A stretch of DNA of 64,000 nucleotides from Octopus bimaculoides (GCF_001194135.2 NC_068984.1:145999208-146063207), one strand, 5' to 3'. Positions 47,585-60,694 are shown, counted from the stretch's first letter. The notes: generated by a model from the sequence alone, not told the origin. Made by a program: numbers and translations.

Positions 47585-47917
47585 CAAAGGTGAGCACCAT
47601 TAATCGAAAAGTCAACTTTGTTAACCGTTAAGCAGAAAGTTAACTTTGATAACCATTAATCAGTTAATTCTTTAAAAATGTAACTGAAGTTATTGATGAA
47701 TTGTTAACGTTAATTTTTATTATAGAAAAAACGAAAAATCAGTTTTTGCTCTAAAAGCACCTTTAAGAAGTGCCAAAACTATAAAATCCGTTAACTTAAT
47801 TGAATTGAAGTTAATGGAAGTTAATTAGTTTGATAATGATTTCCAATGTTAACTTGAATTTTAAATCGTTAACGAAAATGTTAACTTCATTAATTAACGG
47901 TTTGGTGCCCAGGTTTG
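47585..47917. mobile_element. hAT-type MITE with GTTAAC subterminal repeats
   Basis: Imperfect TIRs caaaggtgagcacca / tggtgcccaggtttg; 8-bp TSD aatttaac / gatttaac; many GTTAAC motifs inside. Confidence 0.75.
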
Positions 47918-48056
47918 GATTTAACATACTAGCAAGAGGGGAGGGTTTTAAATAGTTTTGTGTGTGTGTATGTGTTTGTGTATAATATAATACAAACATA
48001 TTGCACACACACATATATATATATATATACATAAACACACATATAGCTTAGCTACT

Positions 48057-48100
<44 letters not shown>

Positions 48101-48125
48101 NNNNNNNNNNTTTATTTCTGTGTTC

Positions 48126-48161
48126 CTTTCTGTTGAAGAGCGTAGGCTCGAAACGTAAAAG
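48126..48161 (+). ncRNA. Minimal type I hammerhead-like fold, variant core, in a Penelope-like remnant (48111-48265) between (TA)n runs
   Basis: CUUU-CUGUUGA-A-GAGC guag GCUC-GAAAC-GUA^AAAG. A6 is replaced by U. Confidence 0.55.
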
Positions 48162-48257
48162 ACTTTCTCACTTCCCAAGCGTTAAACTAATACATCTGTT
48201 TATTGTTTACACACCTGTCTTCGTCTTTTGTTTTGTTTTTTGTAAATTCCAACTATA

Positions 48258-48297
<40 letters not shown>

Positions 48298-48369
48298 CAT
48301 ATATGATAGTTGCTCCAACACAGTTGTGTTGCCTGCTGCTATATAAGTATGAAAATGTGAAATATTAAC

Positions 48370-48625
48370 CAAGAAGGGTTTTACAAATTAAAATTACCTG
48401 ATGTAAGTTGATGGTCATAATTTGTGTCGTTATCATGGTTTCGTACATTGACATGAAGGGTTTGCACTCTAGAATAATTGTATTCTGGAGTAAGAGGAAT
48501 AACCATGGCGCAAAATGACCTGCAGCTCTGTGGCTATAGAAAGACTGCCCTGATGTTATCCTCCCATAAACATTGATCTCTATTGATCCTTTATTGCACA
48601 CCGTATCAATAATTACATAATTCCT
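48370..48625 (-). mobile_element. Possible Tc1-like DDE remnant
   Basis: KGSI..VYGRITSG (cf. GGSVMVWG) and NHDNDTNY (cf. QHDNDPKH). Weak. Confidence 0.25.
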
Positions 48626-49900
48626 ACACTTGGTTTCGTTAATAGTTTTATGTATTCTTATCTTCAGCTTGGTTAAATGTTTTTTTCTTCTTTTTTTATG
48701 GCAATTTGGTTTTTTTAAATATTTTTTGAGTACAACTTTAGTTTTCTTGAACACTTGTCATTTATTTTTTGTTGTAATTGTTTTTGGAATTGGTGTAAGC
48801 CTCAAGATTTCCCATTTCTTCTATTGCTTAATATCTAAGGATCATCATACATTTTGGTAAACTAATCTTCACTGTTATTAAACCACTTCATCATCATCAT
48901 CGTTGGATGGTTTGACAGGAACTGGCAAGCCAGAGGGCTGCACCAAATTCCAGTGTCTGTTTTGGAATGACACTGGAAGTCAAAGCAATTATATCTGCTT
49001 GGTTTTGCTTCGTTTATTTGCTCTGAGGTGAGCATTACTTAATATTTCATCAGATTTACACCAGAAAACTATGTGGATGCGTTTGAGGTTGGAACAGCGA
49101 TACGTAAGGAACATCAAAGCTTGCAATGAAAGATATCAAATGGCACGAGTAATCACAAGTTTGTTGGAATGATGTTTTGCTTATTTTGACATGCAACATT
49201 ATTTCTCTAACTAAGCATTGCTGAAGATTACCAGGACTAACTAGCAAAATTAAAGATCTTTGTCACTAATGAGGGACTGAACCTGAAACCACATGATTAC
49301 AATGTGATCTTCTTAACCTCAGAGCTAAGCCTGCACCTCAAGTCTCATGAGGAGAACAAAGAAACTGTTTCTTGAAGATAAGAATAGTTTAGTGGAACCA
49401 GAAAGAAAACTGAAGACTACAAATATACATCCATCACTCATTATAAATGTTCCTTTGTCATTCAGAAGACTCTTTGTGTGTTCAAAATAAGGATGTATTT
49501 CCTATTGTTTTCTGACAAATCTTCCTTCCTCAAGTCAAAGACGGTTTGAAGAACCAATGATCACAGCTTTGGATCAAAACTATGAACACTTCAGCGAGAA
49601 AACCTGTTGTCTTCTTCATAACATCAAGGCATTGATGTAAATAATGTTCTGGTAATTAATCCTCAAAAGATGCCTGTCATCATCATCATCATCATCGTTT
49701 TAACATTCATATCTCCATGTGTGCATGGGTCAAACAAGTTATTGAGGCAGCTTTTCTACAGCGGATGCACTTTCTGTCACCAGTCATCACCTGTTTTCAA
49801 ACAAGGTAACATATCTTCTTGGCTAGACATGTTTTCACACAATATCAAGACAAGGTGACATAAACATATACATACTCACACATGCACGTATATTCGTGTC

Positions 49901-49931
<31 letters not shown>

Positions 49932-50334
49932 TATGGGCTTTCAGTTTCTGTCTACCAAATGTAATCAAAAGACTTTGGTAGGTTGGGGGGCTATGGCAAA
50001 CGACACTGATTCAAGATGCCACTCAGTTGGACTGACCCAAAATTGTTACAAATACGGGGTGGGGAGAGACACACCCAGAAACCTGCACCAATGTAGGCTA
50101 AATAATTTTCCAGAATATTTGAAGGTGAATCTAGCAAGAAGCAATTACATCACATGACCTTTGAAACACTTATCTCTGCACTTTACAAAACCCAAAGCTG
50201 TAAGGTCAGTTAAAAACATTACAGAAATATTTCTCTTTCTTTTCCAACCGTGAGTTTGTAGTTAATAAGCATTAATCTATTTTCAGAGGCTTAGTAGTAA
50301 TTTAGTTTAATAAATCTTCAAAACACCCAAGTAC

Positions 50335-51070
50335 CTCTTTAGATTTGGTTGTCTTCCAACTAACATAACTGCTGATGCAGATGGATTCAAATAGTCAAGA
50401 AAGCTTACTTTCTGATGATGCTAGCATTGACTAAAATATTACAATTAAAAATGGAAAAGAAGCCACACAGCAGAAGAATTTTAGGTGAGTGTAATCTGGA
50501 ATTTCATACAAAGCATATTTCATACAAAGCTTTGTTGATACTAACACTATTTCATGAGGTTTGGGAAGCATTTGAAATGCTTCATAAAAGAGCCTTCTTA
50601 AGTCTGTCAGGAATCCTAAGACCAGAAATTAACTTGGTTTCCATGGGTGTGAGAGCTGGACTCTTACCATTGGCATGGATCAAAGACTCCAGGCATTTGA
50701 GCACAAATACTTCAGAAGGCTGCTACATTTCCTGTACACAGGACACAAAATGAAGAGCTTTGTCAGGTAGCAAGTCAACAAATACACTGGCAGACAGGAA
50801 CCACTCTTTGCACAGGTGAAAAGACAAAAGCTTGCCTGGTGCAGTCACGTCTCCCATTGCAACTCTTCATCATCATCATTGCAACTCTCGATCCAAAGCC
50901 ATTCTTCAAGTTGAGGGAGGACCAAAGAGGTAGACAGAGAAAATTCCGGACAGGTCACAACATAGTAACCCTGCTATGCATGACAAGATAGAGACCAGTG
51001 GCAATGGCTGACTATGAAAACATCTCGAATGGCGCCCCAGTGACTGGCTGCATTAGTTAAGGGATCGTGA
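50335..51070 (+). mobile_element. RTE-clade LINE RT C-terminal fossil (second RTE family)
   Basis: Frameshifted motifs GCE.WTL, IQAFEHKYFRRLL, RQEPL, RQKLAWCSHV, KAILQ..VEG.RGRQRK, then 3' UTR. Confidence 0.7.
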
Positions 51071-51134
51071 TGGTGATTTAAAGAGAGAGAGTGGTGAGAT
51101 GCTCCTTTTTTTTTTCTTTTCTACTATGTATATA

Positions 51135-51310
51135 TCATCATCATCATTTAACGTCCACCTTCCATGCTAGCATGGGTTGGACGATTTGACTGGGGACTGG
51201 CGAACCAGATGGCTACCCCAGACTCTAATCTGATCTTTCTACAGTTGGATGACCTTCCTAACGCCAACCACTCCGAGAGTGTAGTGGGTGCTTTTTACGT
51301 GCCACCGGCA
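51135..51310 (-). mobile_element. RTE 3'-UTR-derived element
   Basis: catcatcatttaacgtccaccttccatgctagcatgggttggacg...cactccgagagtgtagtggg. Confidence 0.85.
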
Positions 51311-51719
51311 TCTATGACAAATTACAGTGCAAAGCTTTTACAGGTTCAAACATCTCTCAGACATATATCAATTGGTCTTTCCATCAGCTTCATGCACTGA
51401 CCCACAAATATGTCTACATTCATATTCTTTGACTGGTTTGAGTCACTGAACTGCTGTCATGTTCGGTTGCTCCCTTGAATATTTGGGCTAACCATATACA
51501 CCATCGATATGACTATCTCTGTTTGTTAAAATAAGGTTTAATGGTAGGAAGGGAACACAGTTATGTTTTACATATTCTTATTCAATATTCACAAAGCCCA
51601 ACCCATTCTGGCATGGAAAAAAATGGACTTGTGACATTTGTTTCACTATTAAAATAGTAATAATAATAATAATGATGATGATGATGATAATATATATATA
51701 CAAAGAGAGAGAGAGAGAG

Positions 51720-52800
51720 AAGGATTCTCCCACTTAACAGGAATAATATGTTCCTGAAAATCTTGCTTTAATTGAAATGAATTTTCCTAATGATCTTCTT
51801 GTCATAAAAACGAGATTGCATTCTGGTGGATTCTTCCCACGAAACAACAACAAAAGCAAAAAAGCAACAGGATGACTTTTCTGTATGAAAATAACAATTT
51901 TTAAAGATACACGCTACAAGATGTATACATAAAAATGTTGAGGAGAAACACATTAGGGAATAAAGAATCATTCCTCCAGATTATCCACAGCATCCGTTAT
52001 GTTGAATTCCTTTCACAAGTCTCTAATAACTGTAGATCTGCCCCTTTGTTGTCATTTGCTTTTAATGAGTTGTTTGAAAATCCTTTGCCGATGCCTTCAA
52101 CTTAGCCATCACACTCTGATCCATTGACTGGAGCAATGAAGTTGTTGTATTCTTGGTGATGGATTCTTTTCTTGCATTATCAGAAAATTTATTCAAGTTC
52201 ATTGAATCGCTTGGATTGCTATTTTCTCCAAGGAACCTACAAAGAGTTTCTGTTGGAAATATTGTTTGGCACTGTACCTCTTTCTACAGCAGAACAAAGA
52301 CTGTTTGGAAACCACTCTTTGTAAAAGTTCTCAGTCGTCCATGCTTTCTTAACTTGAAAACTAAATCAGAGGTAAATTAAACTTTGCATAACCCTTGAAA
52401 ACCCTTAGATTTTCAGAGTAAAACATGAATAAGGGTTTTAATTTTGTATCATCTGTGACATTTTATCCTATATGAAGTGTCAGACAATTTTTGGACTCTT
52501 TAAATCTTGATCTTGTTTTTTCTTCCTAAAATAAAATGTCTAATAGTCATTGGCTTCCAGAAAAGTGCAGTTTCGTAAACATTTGTATTGTTGGTCTTGT
52601 GTGTAGCCCCTGCCCCCACCCCATCAGGAATCATTTTCTTTAGCTGCTCACAACAATTTGCAGCAGCAACCTCTCTGTCGACATTGTCAGCTTCATCAGT
52701 CACTTTTATGTCTGGCAAATTCAAATGCATCTTAAACATTAAAAATCAGCCTCGACGAACTGAAGAAGATTCTCCATTAGAAATTTCCATCTTCCAAAAA
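51720..52800 (-). mobile_element. Tigger-like (pogo) transposase fossil
   Basis: MFKMHLNLPDIKVTDEADNVDREVAAA...QLKKMI...NVYETALFWKPM.IRHFI (cf. FK.RH.L..IK..GEAASAD...NADETGLFWK.MP.RTFI) and NTTTSLLQSMDQSVMAKLK (cf. PNTTSLLQPMDQGVI). Confidence 0.85.
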
Positions 52801-53384
52801 TTTTGGGCCTTGTTCCTATAATAGAAATAATTATTATTAATATTATTGCTAGTATTGTTGTTGTTGTTGTATCACCTCCCTATTTTTTTTTAGTTCAAAT
52901 CAAACTGTACAAACCAAACGGTACAAACCAAATTGTACAAACGAAACTACAATCTTCAAGCAGGCATATTGTTGAGATAAACTTTTATCAATGAGGACTG
53001 TTTCTATTGTCCTGGTGGTTTTCCAGGAAGAGCTTTAAATGCTGTTGTTTATTGTCGGGCAACCCTGATTGGGCAGAACTATAGTTAAAGGTATTCCATC
53101 TGTGACTTTCCCATTTAACGTTTGTTTTCCATCCTGGCTTGCAGGGGATGAATCGTTACTATCCAATGTGGTGTTTACTCACAGTAACTGCTCTCTTAGA
53201 CGGGTCTGAAAGCTATGGCTTGTTTATTTGTTTCAATTTTGGCCTGATTTCTGAAGCTAAATGCTCTTTCTGAGAATTCTTAAACCATCCTGTTGACATT
53301 ATTTTTGGTAGACAGACACCAATGCAGCTGGTTGTGGAATGCAATGCTGACAGGAAAAGCAATAATTATAAACAGAAGTTTATT

Positions 53385-53560
53385 GTTTAGATTCATCATT
53401 ATTGTTATATTGTTTCAAAATCCACTTGGCCATGCTTACATGAGTCAGGTGGAATTTATTGTGGTAGATTTTCTGGGGCTGGATGCTCTTCCTGTTGCCA
53501 ACTCTCCCCTCTTTCCAAGCAAAGTGGTGTTTCCCCATGGCCAGACCATGAACTAACAAT
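53385..53560 (-). mobile_element. RTE-associated short repeat (degraded)
   Basis: ggctggatgctcttcctgttgccaac...gtttccccatggccagac; similar copies at 49670-49850 and 59420-59600. Confidence 0.6.
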
Positions 53561-53589
53561 GCTGCTTGTGATGATGTAGATGCTCCTTT

Positions 53590-54105
53590 ACACACAGACA
53601 CACGCACACACATTTCATCATCATCGTTTAACACCTGTTTTCCATACTGGCAGGGGTTGGGCAGTTTGACTGAGGCACCTCTTCCACAGTTTCCCTCAAC
53701 CGCTAGGGTGTGACACTTTTTCACACAGCTATCCTCATCCATTCTCACCACATGACCATACCAGTGCAATCGTCTCTCTTGCACACCACAACTGATGCTT
53801 CTTAGGTCCAACTTTTCTCTCAAGGTACTTACACTGTCGAGTATGCACACTGACATTACACATCCATCGGAGAATACTGGCTTCATTCCTTGTGAGCTTA
53901 CACATGTCCTCAGCAGTCACGGCCCATGTTTCACTGCTATGTAATATGGCTGTTCGTAGACATGTGTCATACAGTCTGCCTTTTACTCTGAGCGAGAGGC
54001 CCTTTGTCACCAGCAGAGGTAGGAGCTCTCTGAACTTTGCCCAGGCTATTCTTATTCTAGCAGCTACGCTTTCAGAGCAGCTACTAATTTGGTCACCTAG
54101 GTAAC
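53590..54105 (-). mobile_element. RTE LINE RT C-terminal fragment plus 3' tail
   Basis: RIAWAKFRELLPLLVTKGLSLRVKGRLYDTCLRTAILHSSETWAVTAEDM.KL.RNEASILRWMCNV; QERRLHWYGHVVRMDEDSCVKKC; (gat)n. Confidence 0.9.
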
Positions 54106-54420
54106 AGAAGCTATCAACTACTTCTAGTTTTTCTCTCTCTATATATATATATATAATTAATTTATCACATTTATATTGAATGTGAATATATTGTATTTAT
54201 TTTCTAGAAACAATACATTTGGATTTTTAAAAAAATAAATGTTAACATTTATTTACTGGATGCCTTTTTTTTTTGTTGTTGTTTGTAGTGGAAAAACCAA
54301 TTGTTTGTTCTGTGACTTAATGTTTACAGTAAAGGAAATATCAAATATGGCTCTTCTGTATAATTTACATTGTAAAACCAGTCAACAGAGAAAGAACTAT
54401 CAAATAACTTTCCTCAACCA

Positions 54421-54456
<36 letters not shown>

Positions 54457-54489
54457 GTATTTAATGAGACACAGGATATGAGATTAGCT

Positions 54490-54745
54490 AATAACGGTTG
54501 GGAGGTGTTGTTCTCACAATCCTGGTATAGATTCTTAGACTAGGCCTTGCATTGTGTTCTTGAGCAAAACACTTCAATTCCCATTCTGCTCCAGTCCACT
54601 CAGCTTTGAATAGGTAACCTTGCAATGGGCTCGCCTTCTGACCAGCAGGAACCTTAGCCAGTTGGGGTGGATTCATTTGGAAGTTAAAACAATGCAAAGT
54701 GTATTGTGACCAGTGATGTGTAACATCTGATAGTCTGGTCAGTGC
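54490..54745 (+). mobile_element. SINE family C-type, degraded
   Basis: gcattgtgttcttgagcaaaacactt...gctccagtccactcagct. Confidence 0.6.
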
Positions 54746-54881
54746 TATATGTATATATGTGGGTGTGAGTGTATGTTTATATCTCGTCATGACAATGTGT
54801 GATTGTTGACATATGAATGGCATTCATTTCCACTATTCTGCAAAAACATGTCTGGCCAAAGGGAAATATTTATTTTTTTAT

Positions 54882-55088
54882 TAACCCAAAGGGGGATAAA
54901 CATAGAGGGGGACAGACAAAGGGATTAAGTCGATTAAATCGACCCCAGTGCGTATCTGGTACTTATTTAATCGACCCCAAAAGGATGAAAGGCAAAGTCG
55001 ACCTCAGCGGAATTTGAACTCAGAACGTAAAGACATGAAATACTGCTAAGCATTTCGCCTGGTATACTAACGATTCTGTCAGCTTACT
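54882..55088 (-). mobile_element. CORE-type SINE, near full length
   Basis: Reverse complement closely matches 13285-13500. Confidence 0.9.
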
Positions 55089-55366
55089 TGGAAACACATA
55101 AGTGTTGGCAACAGGAAGGGCATCCAGGCATAGAAAAGTGGACATTAAAAGGAGGATTTCTATAATGAGGAACAACATTAAACTGTTTCCACTCCCATTC
55201 CACAATGCACTAATAATTATAGATAATGTTTTTTAACATTGACACCATGGCCTCACTATTTTCTTTCTGTGTGTGTGTGTGTGGTGCTGGTGAGGACAGT
55301 CCAACATGGCAGCATGGACAATGGATGCTAAATGATGATGATGATGATTCTCTCAGGACAGGTTCT

Positions 55367-55717
55367 TTATTACCTCTGCCTTAACGAAGGCAGAGGTATT
55401 GTTTTCAGTCATATTTGTTTGTTTGTCCGTGGACAAGATATCTCATGAACTGCTGGATGGATTTGGATGAAACTTTCAAGGATGTTTGGCCTCGTGACTG
55501 GCACGAACTGATTAGATTTCGGGAATGGACAAGGATTCTGGATCATTTTTCCGATTTCTTTACTGTGGTCCTGTTCATTTTTAGTATTCTCGTTTGTGAG
55601 AGCAATCGAGCTTATTTCAGATCTTCTCATTTTAAAAATCATCTCTGGCTAATCATTGACAGGACGTTGGTGTTTCTTTGGTGGGCGGAGGTTTGCGCTC
55701 TCTCAGTGCTCTTGTTT
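55367..55717 (+). mobile_element. Helentron-associated interspersed element (HINE/DINE-like)
   Basis: 5' ttattACCTCTGCC with hairpin (acctctgcctt aacg aaggcagaggt), gtttgtttgt microsatellite, 3' subterminal GGCGGAGGT and stem-loop gcgct ctctc agtgc, T-rich flanks. Confidence 0.75.
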
Positions 55718-57243
55718 TATCTGTTTCCAGAAGTTAACCTTTCTCTTTTCATATTTCTTTTGAAATTCACTGCCTTTATTTTAATTAATTTCGAAAATAA
55801 TTAAAAATCTACTGCATGTTTGGGATGTCTGATTCTAATGCATCTACTCAATCAGAGCTGATTAAGTATTAAAAAAAAATTCCCAAAGTAGACTGAGTTT
55901 TAGTTAACTAATTAATACTGCAATCAAATCTTGGTTCAAAAAAATTTCCAGTTTTAACTATTTATTATTTTGGTAGAGGTGAAGGTGAGAGAGCGACCAA
56001 AATCATTCGCACCTGAGAAAGATTATTCAGCAGCATTTCTTTTGCTTTTTTAGGGTCAATACAATACAGTAATTGACTGACCACCCACCCACCCTACTCC
56101 TAAAATTGCTGGCTTTGTGCAGAAATCTGAAGGAAATTAGGGTTTTGTAGAGATGGGGAGCTGTTGTTCACTGTTCTAATCCTCAGGATATTCAGCTTAA
56201 CAGGGATAAAGTGCAGAGAAAGAAGGTTCATTAACATAACACTTTAACGCTATGGTAGGTAGCCATAGGACTTGAAATGTGGGACTGGCCAAGACCTATA
56301 AACACAATCACACACACACACACACTCTCTCTCTCTCATACGCTCTCTGCCCCCCTCTCGTTTTTATGTATCTGTTACAATTTGTCATTACATAGGAATA
56401 TGTATTATTCTCACCTAAATGCTGCCACACCAAGTGTTTAGACATCTGCATACACAAACATACCTGCGCAAACTTGAAAATATCGAAACATTTCTCACAG
56501 AATCACACACTCAAACGCACACATTGCATATACACCTGCATTTACTAACACACTCACAGAGACTAATTATCGTGCAATAAAAAAATAGTAATAATAATGC
56601 TGTGAACACAGACATCTCTTGTTACAGTTGTACCGGAATGTATTGTCACTGTTTGATAAAAACCGTTGTCATCATCATCAACGTGTTTGATGTGTTAGTG
56701 TCATTGGTACATGTCTACAGTTGCTTCTACCTACTATTTTTCAGTCAATACAAAACTAAAACTGTTGACTACTTTTAGTTAGCAGTCTCCTCACCTTTAC
56801 ATCCTCCTCCCTTTTTATATCCTTTCCTCTCTCTCACCTTCCCATCCTGCCTCCTCTCTCGCCCCACCCCCACTACCAAACGCATATTCTGTTGTATAAA
56901 TGAACACCAAGCTATTGAAGACAGACAGACAGACAGAGAAGGTAACAATGTAACACTGACTCCAGCCTAACCTCACCATCATTGGAATTCCCCCACCCTC
57001 TCTCTGTCTCTCTTTACTAACTACAGTGTGTGTGTGTAATTATGTGTGTATTTGTGGTTATTCGAGTGTGTGTGTGTGTGTGTACACATGCAAACACTGT
57101 ATGTGTACGACTGCACAGACACATAGATATACACAATGTCTGTGCTGTCATAGACACACCAGCAAAATATCTGAATACATTTTTTGTAAACATTCATCCT
57201 TGTGAATATATATATGCATACATACAACTCTATTGACCCCCCC

Positions 57244-57323
<80 letters not shown>

Positions 57324-57437
57324 ACACACAAACACACTCATAAAATGCATGTAAATATGTAAGTATATAGACATGACTGTATACAATGAGAAACGTAGAT
57401 GTCTACATGCTTATCCATTGACAAGAGCGCTTGTATA

Positions 57438-57473
<36 letters not shown>

Positions 57474-57474
57474 C

Positions 57475-57505
<31 letters not shown>

Positions 57506-58044
57506 CACGCATACATACAAAGCATGAGAGACAGGTGCATGTATATATTTGTATGAGCACATTTATGTACGTACACACACNNNNNNNNNNNNNNNNNNNN
57601 NNNNNNNNNNNNNNNNNNNNNNNNNNNNNNNNNNNNNNNNNNNNNNNNNNNNNNNNNNNNNNNNNNNNNNNNNNNNNNNNNNNNNNNNNNNNNNNNNNNN
57701 NNNNNNNNNNNNNNNNNNNNNNNNNNNNNNNNNNNNNNNNNNNNNNNNNNNNNNNNNNNNNNNNNNNNNNNNNNNNNNNNNNNNNNNNNNNNNNNNNNNN
57801 NNNNNNNNNNNNNNNNNNNNNNNNNNNNNNNNNNNNNNNNNNNNNNNNNNNNNNNNNNNNNNNNNNNNNNNNNNNNNNNNNNNNNNNNNNNNNNNNNNNN
57901 NNNNNNNNNNNNNNNNNNNNNNNNNNNNNNNNNNNNNNNNNNNNNNNNNNNNNNNNNNNNNNNNNNNNNNNNNNNNNNNNNNNNNNNNNNNNNNNNNNNN
58001 NNNNNNNNNNNNNNNNNNNNNNNAATTTAATTTTATTGTTTTGT

Positions 58045-58356
58045 AAGGTACTTGGTGACCCTGTCAGTGCAGGTGCCATTTAAAAAGCATCCAGTCCACA
58101 CCGTAAAGTGGCTGGTGTTCAGAAGGACATCCAGCTGTAAAAAACCTTACCCAAACTGACCTCACCTATCTTTGTGCTACGTAAAAAGCACTCAGTCCAC
58201 TCTGCTGAGTGGTTGGTGTTAGGAAGGACATGCAGGGGTAAAAATCCTGCCAAAACAGTCACAGAAGTCTGGTGCAGGCTTCTGCCGGGCCAGCTCTTGT
58301 GAAACCATCTCACCCATGCCAGCATGGAAGGTGGACGTTAAACGATGATGAAGATG

Positions 58357-58358
<2 letters not shown>
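58045..58358 (+). mobile_element. RTE 3'-UTR-derived element (partial tandem)
   Basis: Two aggaaggacat(c/g)cag segments, then catgccagcatggaaggtggacgttaaac(gat)n. Confidence 0.8.
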
Positions 58359-58394
<36 letters not shown>

Positions 58395-58399
58395 GTATA

Positions 58400-58617
58400 T
58401 ATCTGTGTGTGTGTATTTGTGTCTGTTTGTCTCCCCACCACCTCTTGACAACCGATGTTGGTGTGTTTATGTCCATGTAACTTAGTGGTTTGGCAAAAGA
58501 GACTGATAAAATATCAGACTTTAAAAAAATAAGTCCTGCAGCTGATTTATTCAGTTAAAACCTTTCAAGGCAGTACCTCACCATGGCTGTAGTCCAATGA
58601 CTGAAACAAGTAAAAGA
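58400..58617 (+). mobile_element. SINE family A, 3' half
   Basis: ttgacaaccgatgttggtgtgtttatg...gactgaaacaagtaaaag. Confidence 0.8.
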
Positions 58618-58630
58618 TATATATATATAT

Positions 58631-59001
58631 ATTCTTTTATTCTTTTCAGTCATATGATTGTGGCCATGCTGGAGCACTGCTTTTTAGTCAAACCAATCGA
58701 CTCCAGGACTTATTCTTTGTAAGCCTAGCACTTATCCTATCGGTTTCTTTTGTCGAACCGCTAAGTTACAGGGATGTAAACACACCAACATAAGTTGTCA
58801 AGCAATGGTGGAGGGACAAACACAAACATATACACACATATATGTATATATACAACAGGCTTCTTTCAATTTCCATCTACCAAATCCACTCACAAGGCTT
58901 TGGTTGGCCTGAGGCTAGAGTAGAAGACACTTGCCCAAGGTGCCATGCAGTGGGACTGAACCCAGACCTATGTAGCAAGCTTCTTACCACACAGCCATGC
59001 A
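58631..59001 (-). mobile_element. SINE family A, near full length, tail-to-tail with the previous copy
   Basis: ttcttttcagtc...gccatgctggagcac...cagtgggactgaacccag...cttaccacacagccatgc. Confidence 0.85.
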
Positions 59002-59627
59002 AGTAGTCAAATGCTAGACAGAGAAATGCAGATACACCCACATATATATACTTGTCTGTCTGTGTGTGTGTGTGGAGAGAGAGAGAGAGAGTAAGATTTT
59101 CTAATTACTACTGTTGACGCCATTGACAAAAGGAAGTCTTCAAGAGGGGCTCTTTCTAGAGATGTTACTGCTGCTTCTCCTCCACAGCTGCTTGCTCTTG
59201 GCAGGGAAAGTGGATAAATGCCACTACGAAACCTCCCACAATCACCTCTTCCACTCTGTGCAGTACACACCACACTGGCAAACAATACGCTCTGTTATCT
59301 CTGTCCTTTTGTCTTCTTTGATGTCTGTTTCTCTGTCTTTTTGTCTACTTCCCAGTACATGTGCTACATAAGGTTTAGCAACACCCTTATACCCTCCTTC
59401 CTCTCTCTCTCGCTTTACACACACATTCATAATCATTTAACATCCACTCTTCTAAGTTTGCATGATTCACAGAATCTGTTGAAGCAGATTTTCTACAGCT
59501 GGATGCCCTTCCTGACACCAACCCTTACTTGTTGCCAAGCAAGGTAATATTTTCCCATAGCGACACGTATTTTTCAAGGAAGACTGGAAATGAACAACCT
59601 CACTTGTAGGACAAAGGTGTTCTTTCC

Positions 59628-59832
59628 TAATCTAGGCACAAGGCCTGAAATTTTGGGGGAGGGAGCCAGTCAATTAGGTCGACCCCATTATGCAACTGGT
59701 ACTTAATTTATCAACCCTGTAAGGATGACAGGCATAGTGACCTTGGTGGAATATGAACTCAGAACGTAAAGACTGGTGAAATACTGCTAAGCATTTCGCC
59801 GAGCGTGCTAATGATTCTGCCAGCTTGCTACC
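59628..59832 (-). mobile_element. CORE-type SINE
   Basis: ggcacaaggcctgaaatttt...ctggtacttaatttatcaaccc...gaactcagaacg...ctgccagcttgc. Confidence 0.8.
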
Positions 59833-59844
59833 TTTTTGTAGAAT

Positions 59845-60062
59845 ATTGCCCCGTCTGGCTCCTGTGCTGGTGGCATGTAAAAAGCACCCACTACACTCTC
59901 GGAGTGGTTGGCATTAGGAAAGGCATCCAGCTGTAGAAACATTGCCAGATCAGATTAGAGCCTGGTGCAGCCTACTGGCTTGGCAGTCCTCAGTCAAATC
60001 GTCCAACCCATGCCAGCATGGAAAATGGATGTTAAACAGCGATGATGATGATGATGATGATA
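59845..60062 (+). mobile_element. RTE 3'-UTR-derived element
   Basis: ctggctcctgtgctggtggcatg...ggaaaggcatccagctg...(gat)n. Confidence 0.85.
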
Positions 60063-60694
60063 TATGCTTTAGTATAAGCAATCTGTCATTATTAAAAGTG
60101 TTAAACACCTGATGGTGGTGGTAATGGTGGTGTTGTGTAGCCCAAAGTCAGTGTCGATTCAAGCAGATCTCTAAGCAAAGCCAATCCAACCATTGTGTCC
60201 CTATTATGTTTTGTCATGTTTCCATAAGACCGTGTCTTCCTTTATTTATGACAAGAGAGTGTGATGGCTGTGATTTGAAGAAGTTCTGGCTCTCATTTCT
60301 AGAAAAATCTATTCACCAAGTAGAAGCCGCCTCACTCATTGGTTGGCAATCACAATCCTTCAACCCTAGCCTGGAATAAGCTGCTGTTTTATATAATAGA
60401 CACATAGTTGTTATCTAGATAATTCTAGTTGGCAGAGCGGCGAGCAGGTTATCGAAATCTTGCAGTGGGATGTAGAAGATAAAGAACAACAAAATTTCAC
60501 ATGTAGGTCAGATTTGATTTATTTAGTTTTCAATTTGATGTAGCTATCAAACAATTATTTCTAGTGAGTGTTCTCTATGCTTCTCTAGCCATCTCTCACG
60601 TAACATGCACACATTTGATTAACTGTTGACTGAAAAGTTACAACAGTGACTCATGGGTCAAGAGTTTTGTGCATAGCACTTAGGTTTCATGGAA

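Noticed and set aside
56152-56235. ATG GGG AGC TGT TGT (MGSCC acylation-like start)
   Set aside because: Stop after 8 codons.
59100-59290. GC-richer block with possible RT-like words on the minus strand
   Set aside because: No diagnostic motif; it cannot be assigned.
60429-60502. Possible exon WQSGEQVIEILQWDVEDKEQQNFT
   Set aside because: Weak acceptor and donor, and phase is incompatible with the 36903 exon as read; left unsupported.
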